A stretch of 64,000 nucleotides of DNA from the human T2T-CHM13v2.0 reference genome, Homo sapiens (GCF_009914755.1 NC_060929.1); one strand, 5' to 3'. Positions 40,472 through 54,427 are shown, counted from the first letter of the stretch. The notes: generated by a model not told the origin, from the sequence alone. A program made the numbers and translations.

Positions 40472-42814
40472 CTACAGAACTCACACTCAAGAAAAACCAT
40501 GGCTCCCCCTGTTACAGTGCACACTCAAGTTTCATAAGAGACCCCAACACTGGCTGCACTCAGCAGGTCAAACAATCATTTTCAAAGGACCATAAGATTT
40601 TTTAAGAAACAGACTGTCCTACATATTTGAAATCTTTTTTTTTTTTTTTTCTATTTTAAAGGCAGATTCCACTGAATGCTGCAAAAGTAACAGAAATGAT
40701 TAGGAACAGAGTTGTGACCTATCCAATTTCAAAAAAGAAAGGGAAGGGGTGAGATCTACCCCCTCCTAAGTGGTAACAGGCCCTTTCTGTTCATCTTCTC
40801 ATCTAATTGTCTAAACAATCCTACATCACAAGATACTGTCATCAACTGCATTTTGCAGATGGGAACACTGAGACCTAGAGATTGTCTAGTGTGATATAAC
40901 AATTAAGTGATCATTTTAGGAATCTTTCTCATTTTAAAATCAATATTGTACTCCTGGTGGTATAAATAAAGATGACCTTTGTTTATTCATTTACTCATCC
41001 ATTCATTCCAAATATTCATTAAGCACCATGCATGAGCAGGCACCGTGCCGGGGGCTGGGGATGCAGCGCAGAGAAGAGCAGCCGGGAGCTCCGCTCCTCT
41101 GGAGTTTTCTCTCTGGTATCACTCCGAGAGTCTCCACATCCCAATTTGCTCTCTGCTCTGAGGGTCTTTTTTTAACCCCTAGGGGAGAAGTTGACAGATT
41201 GTGAACATCAATAGTTATTGAATTGGTTTTGTCCCAAGGCTTCTTAAAAACAGTTTTCAACGAGTGCCAAGCCCTAACTGTCTCCCAAATCCTACTGAAA
41301 GAAATCAGAGCAGGTTACGTTTTCATTGTCTAGCCACCCTTGGCCATGAGGCGCTGCATCCGGCTTTTTCTCTGGGGCCCATTTTTCGCCACAACTCTTC
41401 AGCCTTCTACCACTCGGGTTAAGTTTTGCTTTGTGCATTTACAATAAGTGCCTGCCAAGCATGAGTGTTGCAGGATTAGAATAAAATAGTGGGGGTGAAG
41501 GAAAGCAGATTTTTTGGAAACCGGTAGAAACACTCCATGAAATGGAGCATTGTACCAAACTCAGCTTAGTTATACAAAAGCATGTATAGTGTTTCTTTTT
41601 ATTTCCCATCTTAACGGGAGGAGGCAGAGAACAGTGGTTACAGAACAACTTTAGAATCGTTCCTGATTGTCCAAATGGTTTTTTTACCCCTCTGAGATTG
41701 GGGACTCAGGGGCAGCCGTGTCTCTCACGCCTGCCCATTCTGCCCCGCTCGAAGCCACACTGCAGTGTTCCATGTCCATCTCGCCTGCGCTATCTAGGCA
41801 AGGGTGCGTGTGCCAGGCTATTAAACACCCCACACCCCACTCCCCTGTCGTTCTCTAAGCAATGGAAGAAGTTTGCTTGGCCACCACAGCTCGGGCAGGA
41901 GGGACTTGGATTAGCCCAACAGCTTTTGCTACTGTCAGCATGCAGCCTAATAGAGTTGGAAGACAGGGTTCTTTAGAGGCACTGGTTCTGACAAGGAAAG
42001 CTTCTGTAATCTTGCCTTTGTTTAGAAATATGAACTTCGAAACCCTGCTGCAGAGAGTGTCGGCAGCCACGCTGATGCGAGGCCTTGGGCAAATTCATTT
42101 GAATTGCTTTGAAATTGGATATTCAAAATTCAATAAAAATAAGCCAGCCTGATGGTACAGCTGCAGCATTCCCCCCATCCAGCTGGGTAAGCCGTGATGA
42201 TTTCCAGGCCGCGGACTAGCAAAGCCCGAGTGTGATGGGAAGATGAGCGCCTGAGCTGCCAGAGAACTCTCTCTCTGGCAGCCTGGCCCGCCGACGGCTG
42301 CCTGCCAGCTGACTTGCAGAGCAGGGCTGGCTTTGGCACTAAGTGGCTCCTCTCACTGGCCTGCCCAGGCGGGGATGCGGGGCCTGCCTCAGTCATGGCC
42401 GGGGTCCAGGGGGAGGGGATGCCTCAAGGGCAAATGGATGGGGTGTCGGAAAAACAATAAAATCACAACACTCCAGTTGTTTAGAGAGCAGCTGGACGTC
42501 CCAAACACTCTGCCACAGATCCAGAGCCATCAGACACGTAGGTGGGTTTAATTAAATTGTATGCAGATGCAAGCAAACCTCATAATTTGCCCTTGAGCAC
42601 ACACTACTGCATTTGCCTGGAAAGGGGGACATGACATCCCGGAGGGTGCTCTCTTGCCACCTGCCCTGGGAGCTCCCTCTTCATCATTGTTTATGTGGAA
42701 AGGCGATTCTGCTAGGGATTTTAAGAGAAGACCATTCTCACTTTCCTCTAAGTCTCAAGCAGTTTGATCTCTCTGCTTTGTGATGGTGTGTCACAATCAT
42801 GCATAAAAACTGTG

Positions 42815-42932
42815 ACGTATCTATAAGATGTATACATATATAGAGAGAGATATTTATACACATATATAAACATACATATGCATTTATAGATGGATAGAGA
42901 GATGAATAGATAGACCGACATATACAGATAGA
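42815..42932. repeat. Degenerate (TA)/(TAGA) low-complexity tract
   Basis: Read directly. Confidence 0.75.
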
Positions 42933-44923
42933 CTCCAAATTCAAGAAGTATGTCTTATTACCCCTAAGCAACCTCAATTTTAATAATTGGGCTCATCATA
43001 CCCCATGCATGAGTTCAGGCACTTTTCTTTGTTGGAATTTGTGCATATGTGAACTGTCTTGAGTCAGATTCCAGGAGAAATATATCCATTAGCCTTCCGA
43101 TTGTCGCACCTATGCCACCTACAGTACCATACCTAAAGAGGGGTAATTGGAGCTCCTGCGTGCAGGGACATTGTGAGCAGCCCACTCCATTGGCCTGTGT
43201 TACGTATCGCCAGCCACTCAAGGGCCAGCCATGAAATTTAATTTGGAGTTTTACAGACACGTTCTGAATCCGAAATCTCAATAATAACTTTCCCTTTGCT
43301 CAGCCTTTTAACTGTGAAATTCAGTTGGGGAGTTTCGAAGCAGCAGGTAATGTCACAGCACTCCAGAGGGATTTTGCCAGAATTCTACTAAAGTGCTTGC
43401 AAGTGTCATTTCCATATTTAACTAATTTCAGTTTTTAATTAGCTCCATGTGAAAAATGAGAGTTCACGCTGAGCTCCTCTGTCAGCACAGACGCTTGTTT
43501 CCTTTCTAGGATCTCAGGACAATTAAGAAAAAAATAGTTGATGCTACAGTAAGTGTGATCATGCATAGCTCTCTCAAGCCATAACATTGTTCCCTGACAG
43601 TAAGAAAGGGCCACTGCCAGGGCCCACTCGCCAGGCTGGGAAAGAGCAGTTTGGAAGAGGGTTTTACGTGCGGATTTGTGAGTCCTTGGTTCTGAATGAT
43701 TCCTTAGCTGCAAAAAGTATATTCTTGTCCCTAAATTCTCCAAGATGACCTGAGATTAGGTTTTGAAAGAATGCTATATGAAATGCAAAGATGATGTTAC
43801 TCTAGGAAAACAGGCTTCCTCCGTGTTATCTCTGTGCTAAACTCCAGCATCCAGGTGCTTATCAGGTCATTTGATTTCAGATTCGTAAGGCCCTTGGCAT
43901 ACAAAAGTAACTTCTCTATGATTTAAGTTTCAAAATGCAGTACACACATGGAAATTTATTAATCCTACATTCAAAGTGTAAATTTACCACTTGGGACTCA
44001 CATGCAAATGGAAAACTACATGGTCTTCAAAAAAAATGTATTGGGAGGTTCTGTTTTGCATAAACTGAAAAATATTTGATGTGATCAGGTTTCTGAAACA
44101 ATTTCGAGGAAGCCAAACAAATACAGGCCCTGCATTTCATTTGCATAGCATCCATGCTAATGGCATGATTTGTTTAAAAGAAAAGATTCATTAAAAGTTT
44201 TGAGAATGGTTAAAGTGGAAAAGTGTTTGACACTTCCCTATAGTAGCAATTCTTGGAAATTGGTTTGGAAAGTAGAATCTTTTTTTTTCTTCATATATGT
44301 TAGTGTTGGGTAATTGTTCTCTGTTGACAATAGACATTAATAAATGATGTGATAGCAAGAACACTTGGTATCTCCAACAGAGACTGAAAATTGAAATCCA
44401 AGTAGCAAGAAGAAGTTTAAGTATTAGGTTTATGTGGCTACATTGGGAAATAGGGTAGGATACAGGTAGGGTTTCCTTCCATGGTCTCTTGACTACCATA
44501 TGTGCTTGGGTTCCAAAGAGCAAACACAACTGTGTGGTTCAGGTATGAGATTAGAGGAGCAGGTGTCCTGTGGGGTTGCCAGAAATGCCGCCATTGAAGA
44601 TGTGTTGGTATAAGTGGAACATGAAAAGATGGAGGCAAATTCTTGAACATGAAGAGACCACCCACAAGTTGTTTAAACTAAAATAACTTCCACCTGAGCT
44701 GCAATGGCTAGCAATAAAGGCTTCATTGGCCAGTGCGTCCTGAGGTTGGAATTAAGTCTCTCTGTGTGGGAGAGGGCCTATTTGAGCTCCAAAGGCGGAA
44801 CTCCTATCTCCCTGGCTATGAAGGGGGCTCACTTGCGATGGGGAACTGGGAAAAACACAACTTCTATTAATAATAAGTTGTCTGTACAACTCTCTGGGGA
44901 AGATCATAGTTGGGAGTGCTTAT

Positions 44924-44982
44924 ATTTCTTTGCTCTTCTCAAGGTATGATGTAATTTCTTTGCTCTTCTCAAGGTATGATGT
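44924..44982. repeat. 29-bp perfect direct duplication, period 30
   Basis: atttctttgctcttctcaaggtatgatgt at 44924-44952 and 44954-44982. Confidence 0.96.
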
Positions 44983-45429
44983 CAGGTGGGCCTCTTCTTG
45001 GCCTCCCAGGAACAGCAGCTCCAGCCACAAGAAGCCTGTCCTTCCCTGAGGAGATTTGACCCACCATTCCTCTGAGAGTTGGGGACCCCTCTCACAGTGC
45101 AAATAACAGGCAGAAGCAGTGTCCACCTAAACATTTATCCACTGACGTGAGGATTAGCAATTAGCCCTCTCATGATGGGGATTAGCTCAATAGAACTGTG
45201 GGAACAGCACACACTCTGGAGGGTGAAGTTAGGATGAGCAGCAGAAGAGATGCCGACTTATGGAGGCAGAGAGAAATCCTGAAAGTGATAGTATTTTTAG
45301 GGCTTATTATGTGAATTTTGAGCCTGATAGCTGAGAATGGAAACCATGGATTTGTCATCAGAGGCACTTAAATCATATGTGGTAAATTATCCACATAGCT
45401 ATTAATTTATACAACAAATGTTTCCTGGT

Positions 45430-45680
45430 ACAAGGAAAGAGAACAGGCTCTAGAATACAGGCTGCTGGGTTTACATCCCAGCTTTTCTACTTACCAGTGA
45501 CAGGAGCACAGCTATGTTACTTAACCTCACTGCGACTCAGTTTCCTCCCTGTAAAATGGATACAATAATAGCACTTATCTCATAGGGGAGGTTATAAAGA
45601 CTAAACAAGATAATTCTTGAATAGCCCTTAGCACAGTGCTTGGCCAAAGGTAAGCACTAAATAAAATAGATTTTTACTGT
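45430..45680 (+). mobile_element. Near full-length MIR
   Basis: gttacttaacctcactgcgactcagtttcctccctgtaaaatgga..aataatagcacttatctcatagg...cttagcacagtgcttggc..taagcact. Confidence 0.85.
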
Positions 45681-47415
45681 GACAGGTTCTGCTTACACCA
45701 CAGTGAACCAAACAAACCTAGGTTTTCCCCTTCCAGAATACATACCAGCATACACAGATAAAACCAAGGAAAATTAATCACTTCACAACCATTCCAGGGT
45801 CTATCAGCCTCCCAATTTCTACATGAAATAAGAATATCAAATTAGGAGGAATGGGACCATGTCAGCAAGAATAAACTAATTAGCTAAAACTACTTATTAA
45901 AATGATAATCCCTCCACATGGACTAGGCGCTTGCATGTGCACCTGTCAGGAAATAAGCTACAGACACACACACACACGTGCATGTGAAATGACACAGAAG
46001 CACACTCCCCACGCTGTGGAGAGCCAAGGTACCGTCACCCACTGAGACTTGACTCCCGACCGAGGTACTGATCATGGGGCTGTGGGGCAAGGACTCTGAA
46101 GGTCAACTCTGAGATCATTGGCACTTCATTAAGGAGTCTGTTCTAAGTGCACAGGGCTTTCCCAGAAGAGGAAATGCAGCCTCCCCCTTACATCCAAACA
46201 TACTGCCCAGAAGCCCCTAGAATGGCTTTTTGTTTCTCTAACACTGTCAGATAATTCACACAGGATTTTTCAGGCATCATAGCTTCTGCTAGCAGACTGG
46301 AGTACACAAAGAAAAAAGTGCTCAGCTCCAAATCTTGCCTGGAACTGACCTCAGCCCTGGACTGCCTTTTGTGTATCCCAAATTTGAGCTCCGTGTTTTT
46401 GCCTCTAGCTTTCTGGTGCCATGTTCTGGGCCATGTGAGTGCTCAGGGTTCTTTTATGGATGCTTGGTACTGAAAACATCACTCCTCGTGGCCAGAATGA
46501 AAGGTGTTGTCTAAAGAAAAGTCAAGTTGAACTGTCTGGTTCCTCTACTTTCGGAAATATAATGGAACCTCAGCTTTGCGTGGCCCTATCTTGTGTTAAA
46601 GATTCTAACAGAGAATACATCTCTATATATGTTTTGTTTACTGTTTTGCTTTTGTTTCTAGCTTTATTGTTTTCCCCTGTGTGGAATGTTCCAGTAGCAA
46701 CTGTTTGTTCTTCCTGTCTAAGAAGTGTAGCACATAGGTACTACGGCAGATTTATGTGGTAGTAAGAAGACGTCCACCTATTGCTTTGTGTAATAAACTT
46801 CCTTCCAGAAAGAAGAGAAAAAAATGGCTGTGCCCTAACTGCAGAGCAAGTTTACTGAGGATTTACGAGAATCAACACCACTGGCACAAATGGAGCTTGC
46901 AGAGATCTTTGGGTTCCAAGTTTTCTGCCCATTCTAGAGAGGAGCAGACCTTAGAAGGGTGGCTATGGTATGCCTTCTATGGAGGGCACTAGCACTCAGC
47001 CTGAGAGACAGGGTTGGACCAGCCAGTCAGCCTTCTGCCGCCTCTCTCAATATCACATGTCTCTAAGGAGCTTTGGCAAGAGTAGAATCACAATTTGATC
47101 CTAGCTGAAGTTCCTGATAAATCCTCAGGTTCCACCCGGGAATCACTGTGGTTGATAAAAAGAGGAGTCCATATGCTTTACACACGAGACAGCCAGGCAG
47201 TTTTGACACTTTGTGGAAAGTGTAGAGGCTTGATATGGATTCTCTTCTAGGCAGAGACCCATCCCAGCGTGACACAGAGAAGGTGCTCAGGGGCGATTCT
47301 AGGCATGGGCAGTGCTTTTCTCCCCAAAGAACTCTACTTCTTCAAGCTTTAAACAAGGTGTAGTGGACACCAAATGAAGAGGAGTCTGCCTGGCTCACAC
47401 CAGTTCCCTTGGTGA

Positions 47416-47563
47416 CAGGTTGCCAAGTGTAGGATGCCCAGTTAAATTTGAGTTTCAGAATAATAATGAAAATGCTTTTAATATAATATATCCCAAATAT
47501 TGTGTGGGAAATTCAAATGTAACTGGCTTCCTGAGTTTTTATTTGCTAAGTTTGGCAAGTTTA
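47416..47563. mobile_element. MER53-like palindromic MITE (internally deleted)
   Basis: aggttgcca..aggatgcccagttaaatttgagtttcaga ... gaaattcaaatgtaactgg..tttatttgctaagtttggcaa. Confidence 0.85.
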
Positions 47564-47828
47564 CTTGGTGGCTGTGTCTGTATCCAACACCCTTTTTGGG
47601 TCCCTAAATCGAGCAGGGTTGATGTTATTATCTTACTTTCCTCACCATAGCAACTGTCAAAAAAAAAAAAAAAAAATGGGCTTGTGACCTCAGCTGAGCC
47701 AATTAGAGTCCTTAACTAGGGTCCCTAAAAGTGAAACTGGGAAAGTGGAGCTCTCTTTTCTCCTGGTAGCCCAAGGGCATGGGAATATTACTTTCTGTGC
47801 CCATGGTCCTCCCCTTAGGGATAAACCC

Positions 47829-48154
47829 TCTCTTAATTTGGCCAGGCTGCTATAACAAAATGCCAGAGGCTGACTAGCTTTTAAAGAACAGAAACTTATT
47901 TCTTGGGTCTGGAGGCTGGGAAGTCCAAGATCAAGGCACCTGCAGATTCAGTGAGGGCTCGATTTCTGGTTCCTAGATGGCACCTTCTAGCTATGTCCTC
48001 ACATGGTGGAAGAGACTATCTAGCTGTTTTATAGGGACACCAACCCCACTCATAACCTAATCACTTCCCAAGGGCTTTACTGCCTAATACCATCACCTTG
48101 GTTAGGATCTCAACATACGAATTCTGGGGAGGGATAGACATTCAAGCCATAGCA
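47829..48154 (-). mobile_element. MaLR solo LTR (MLT1A/A0-like), probably inside an older ERVL LTR remnant (~47675-48270)
   Basis: ggctgctataacaaaat, tctggaggctgggaagtccaagatcaaggc, gtcctcacatggtggaag, ctaataccatcaccttgg, acattcaagccatagca. Confidence 0.88.
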
Positions 48155-49008
48155 AAAACCATTGGTCAGCTACTCTTTCACTTTCACAACCTGCCTTCAT
48201 AGCCTTCAAAACAAAATTCCTCTCTCCTGCTTAAGGTAGAACAAGCTGAACCCTAAGGATCCTATGCTAGTATGTAGCTACCCAGCCCAAACTCCCAAGT
48301 TTGGCATGATGGACTAAAGAAAGAGGAATTCACCCTAGGAATGCTTATAGACAGATGTTTACAATCAGATGCTCCAGCCACAATATATCCTTGGTGGATC
48401 CGCTGGCTTTGGGCAGCCCTGTGCCTGATAGTGGGGAAGGGGTGGCAATTGCTCTGCCAAACTGTGCACCTGCTTCAGGTCAGTACCTCCACAGTCAGGG
48501 CTGACCAGAACATAGAGAAGGGAGCCTTCCTGTCATGCCACTTTGAGCCACTGTCTAAAATATCTTCTGTCTGAAAATATCTGTCATCCTTAACTGGCAC
48601 CGTGCCTAAAATTTCCACCTTTAGAGTTTATATGTTTGGCTTAAATCGTTAGTCTTCCCTATAATTGCACATCCATTAATGATAGAATGTGTGATGTTGT
48701 GGGGAGGATGTGGATGAATTAATAATTAATATCAAGATCCAACGGATTTTTTAAAGTTCCATTGATGTGGCTGATAGTTTGGAAAGCAGAGTTCTGACAG
48801 AGTTGGATGGGAGTCCTGGAAACCTCTGATGTGATGGGAAAGCATTCATACAAGAGGCACTGCTGAGTTTGGAGGGGGGCACTGAGTCTCTCTGATCATG
48901 GGTCACCTGGAGCAGGCAGAATGGACACAGGGCAGGTACTGGATGGAGAGGAGGCATGCTGAGAAAGAATGTCCCTGTTTTACCATGTTACTTTGGCCCA
49001 AGTCTGGT

Positions 49009-49016
<8 letters not shown>

Positions 49017-49061
<45 letters not shown>
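49017..49061. repeat. Poly-T tract (T25-C-T19)
   Basis: Read directly. Confidence 0.95.
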
Positions 49062-49281
49062 CATCTTTCCACCCTGGCTTGAATATCTCTTTTCCATATT
49101 GCGTCCTCCCAGCTGCTTCTGACACACTACCTGTATGGGCAGAGACCTAGTGCCTAGACCTGGAGGGAGATGTCTGGGCTCTCTCACCTCCTCCACCTTC
49201 ATAGAAACAGACAAGAGGAGCTTGTTCCTTCCCTTCATGTTCTCTTTCATTAATTGCTGTCAGCCAAGCCTTGTGCAATAC

Positions 49282-49467
49282 CTCTGGTTCTCAAACTTGA
49301 GCATTCATCCGAATCACCTGGAAGGCTCATTAACACACAGATACCTGGACCCCACCCCTGAGTTTCTGATTTGCAGGTCTGGAGTATGGCCCAGTAATTT
49401 CCATTTCTAATAAGTTCTCAGAGGATGCTGATTCTGCTGGTCTGGGAACTACAGCCCGAAACCATCG
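49282..49467. mobile_element. MER5A (hAT-Charlie)
   Basis: tggttctcaaacttgagcattcatccgaatcacctggaaggc...ccccacccctgagtttctgattt..aggtctgg...atgctgattctgctggtctggg. Confidence 0.9.
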
Positions 49468-50468
49468 GCCCAGACAGTGAGCTTTTTGAGGGCAGGAGTG
49501 GTCTCTTCAGAATCATTGTATCCCCAGAACCTAGCACAACACCAGGCACAGGGTTGAAGGTTAGGAAATGCTTGTTAATGGAGCTCTATGAAGCTACACA
49601 AGGCTTTACCCTGTTGCAGCATCAAGGCTAATCATGTAAATACCCTGAATTTTCAGATATCGGATTAAAAGAAGAAAATACTATTGCCATCTAATGTGTT
49701 TTTTACACAGTGGCATCTCCAGAATACATACAGGAGGGGATTAAAGGTGCCAGTCTGGGTGGAAAATGGGAGGTTGGGGGCTCGTCTTAAAACTCCACTT
49801 GCATAGGAAAGACCCTGTTTTTACTGAGACTCTTTTTGTGGTAACTTCAGAGAAGGTTGGTGGAAATCATTTAGAATTTTCCTACTCACCTTCCTTTTCC
49901 ACCCCAACTGCACCCCCCGACCACTGCTTAGTGTCACCACTGATTTCACATGTGCATGAGGTATGTGTACCAGGTCAGCTGATCTGAGGTTCCTCTGTCA
50001 AGCTTCACCACAAAAGTGCAGCTTCAAGAGTCAGTGCAGTGAGGTGGAAGTGAATGGGATCGGGGATCTGTGCTTTTCAATAGAGATGAATGTCCTCTCT
50101 GCCAAGGTATTAATCTTTCCAGGTCTCCATAACCTCTTTTGTAAAATGAGTCTGGAGAAGGTGACCACTAAGTATTTTCCTATATTTCATAATTTCTATT
50201 ATTTTAATTCAAAAGGCAAGCCATCTCAAATTTAGGAATGGGCTATTTGCTTGTAACCTAGCTATTTGGAATTTCAGAGATTTTTCTCCAGACAGACCAT
50301 ATTCCTTCTGGACAGTTCACACAATAATTGCTCTTTGTCGGGTTCTTAACTGTGTGTCAAGCACTGAGATAAATGTTTTGCATACTTTATTTCATTGAAT
50401 GTGGCAACCCCCCTGGGAGGTAGGAAGTTTTATGATTCCCATTTTGCAGATGAGGAAAATGAGGGTCT

Positions 50469-50718
50469 GGGAGGAAAGAAAGAAAGACAGAGGGATCGAG
50501 TAAGGGAGAGAGAGAGGGAGGAAAAACTGAAGGAAAAGAAAGAGGGAAAGAGGGAGGAAGGGAGCAAGGGAGGGAGGGGAGGGAGGAAGGGAGCAAGGGA
50601 AGGAAGGAGTGAGGGAGGAAGGGAGGAAAGGAGGAAGGGAAGGAGGGAGGGAAGGAGGGAAGGAGGAAGGGAGGGAGAGAGGGAGGAAGGGAAGGAGGAA
50701 GGGAAAGAAAGAAAAAAG
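50469..50718 (+). repeat. GA-rich polypurine tract inside a MIR
   Basis: About 250 bp nearly all G/A; antisense MIR halves at ~50350-50468 and ~50719-50810. Confidence 0.93.
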
Positions 50719-51041
50719 CTTTCCCAAAGCCTCACAGCTACTAAAAACCAAGACTGGGACCTGGACCTGAAGCCAGGTCTGCTGCTTCCAAAGCTACTCT
50801 AATCACCATAGTCTATTATTCCTACAAAAGCCTAGTTTACCCACAATGCACCTGAAATGTAGAGTCTGGCTTTGGAGGGAAGTAGGCTTTCTTTTTTCTG
50901 CCACTTTCAGTATAAGAGACAGAAAGCATTGTAGTCAAGTGTTCTGAGCCAGAGTCCCCAAGTTCAAAGCCCAGCTCTGCCACTACTGGCAGACTAATCT
51001 TGGACAACATACTTAATCTCTCTCTCCCATAGTTCCCATAG

Positions 51042-51113
51042 TTAAGCTAAACCATGTGAAACTGGTGATATTCTACCATATTTAATCTCCAAAAAGGGCA
51101 ATTTCATGTCTAA
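51042..51113. mobile_element. MADE2-like mariner MITE inside a MIR (~50920-51180)
   Basis: ttaagctaaaccatgtgaaactggtgatattctaccatatttaatctccaaaaagggcaatttcat follows the ~80-bp MADE2 consensus as recalled. Confidence 0.7.
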
Positions 51114-51749
51114 ATATTTAAAGTGCTTATTATAACAGTGCATGGCAAACAGTAAGCACTATATTCGTGTTAGCTATGATTCTTACTGAAAATTGCCTTG
51201 AGAGTTTGCCATATCTGGAGTATAGTAGGGGCTCAATAGTTGCTGGTGAATTTATTGAATGAAGTAGAAACTGGGATGCCCAGGAAACATCTGGGGTAGT
51301 CTGGGCTATGAAGACCCTCTAGGGCTGGGAGAAAGGCAAGTAGGGCAGGGGAGGAGGTTAGGACTCTTAGATTTGAATAGCTTTGAGACTCTGTTAGTAT
51401 TGCCCTGGAATAAGGCAGGAAACCTCAAAGCGAGAAGGACCGATCCCATAGGTCCAGCCACCCTGAAGCAGTTTTTGTCCTCTGGCTTCTAAAGAAGCAA
51501 AGAAAAACCCTCAAGGCAGAGGCAGTGGGGAGTTAGGTCTTATGGTTTGCTTGTGTCTTGCTTTTTTTACAGCTAGAAATAATGAGAAAAGGCAGGCAAG
51601 GGAGAGCCTCCCTTCCAGCCTTTCCTCAGCCGCTGGTGTTTTTCCTTCCTAGACCACTGTGTGAGAGGAAGGGGAAAATGCAGAAATAATGGTGGATCTT
51701 TAGAAACAGAAAGACCAATGTTAGAGGTTAGGTGTAACTGAGCAGAGAG

Positions 51750-52186
51750 TAATATTTACCCAGGTATGGTAGTCATATCACCATATGGCTATGTGTAGCA
51801 TGTGGACACACTTCTGTATTACAATAGTTATGTTCATTTCAATGTGTCACAAAAATCTTAACACATTAAGCTTTTTATTTCACAGATATTACTTTGGGAT
51901 GAGGCTAAATTGATTAAAGTTTTTAAAAAATAGATTGCTATTTTTTCTTTCTTTTTTCATAATATTCCTTCTTGCATGTATAACAACTCATGGGTTGCAA
52001 AAGAGGATTTATTTTTTCGTGCCTGTCTACTATAAGTCTTTGTCCACAAGTCAAACAAAAGCAAACACAAGTGCTAAAAAGGAGACTGATTTTAAAATGT
52101 AGTTAAGAAATAACAGTCTAAGTGGAGCTTAGATTTCATGAAAACCATGAACACAGTAAATGATGACTATGGTTAAGGAAGCACTA
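51750..52186 (-). mobile_element. MER113-like hAT-Charlie element
   Basis: aatagttatgttcatttcaatgtgt, atttcacagatattactttgggatgaggctaaa and ttaagaaataacagt..aagtgg resemble antisense MER113. Confidence 0.6.
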
Positions 52187-52570
52187 GAAATGCAGTTAGG
52201 ACACATCTATGTATTCCTGGCTCTGGTTTTAGTAGCTAGGTGGCAGTGGGCAGGTTATTTAATCTCTCTAAGTCTCAGTTTTCTTATGTGTAAAGTGAGG
52301 ATACTTGCTACCTCAAAGGTGATTTTTTTTTAATGATCAATGAGAAATGTCTTAAAAGCAGGTATAAGAATTCAGTAGACACTGTTTATGACTATTATCA
52401 TTATTATTAGCCTGGCACACTCCCAGACCTCAGTTAATTGTAGTTTTTTAGACAGAAGTTTTCAAGCCATTCTTTCATTCAAATAAATAGTTCTTAAACA
52501 CTACTGTGTTCTAAAGCTTATGCTAGCTGTGGGGACAAATTTGAAAGAGGGGAAGGAAGACCTACTCTCA

Positions 52571-53226
<656 letters not shown>

Positions 53227-53318
53227 TTGGAGGGGGAACAGGATGGTCAATAAATAGGTAATTACCAGTGTAAAGCCATAAACTCTGTAAGTGGTGTGGT
53301 TATAAAATATCCAGGGAA

Positions 53319-53669
53319 GGCCAAGCGTGGTGGCTCATACTTGTAATCCCAGGACTTTTGAAGGCTGTGATGGAAGGATCACTTGAGCTCAGGAGTTCAA
53401 GACCAGCCTGGCAACATAGTGAGACCCCCCACCCCCCGCCATCTCTACTAAAAAATTAAAAATAAAAATAATAAAAAATAATAACTTTAACTGACCAGGA
53501 ATGGTGACGCATACCTGTAGTCCCAGCTACTTGGGAGGCTAAGGTGGGAGGATCACTTGAGCCAAGGAGACAGACAGCTGCAGTGAGCTATGACTGCACC
53601 ACTACCCTCCAACCTGGATGACAGAGGGAGACCCTATCTCAAAGAAAATAAATAAAAAATAAATAAATA
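53319..53669 (+). mobile_element. AluJ with expanded A-rich linker
   Basis: ggatcacttgagc, gcaacatagtgagaccc, gagctatgac; degenerate TSD ataaaatatccaggga / ataaaatgtccagaga. Confidence 0.94.
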
Positions 53670-53739
53670 GTATGATAAAATGTCCAGAGAGCATGCAGGA
53701 GGAGATCAGCTTAGAAAAATCCTGTCAGCCACAGTGGTC

Positions 53740-54427
<688 letters not shown>

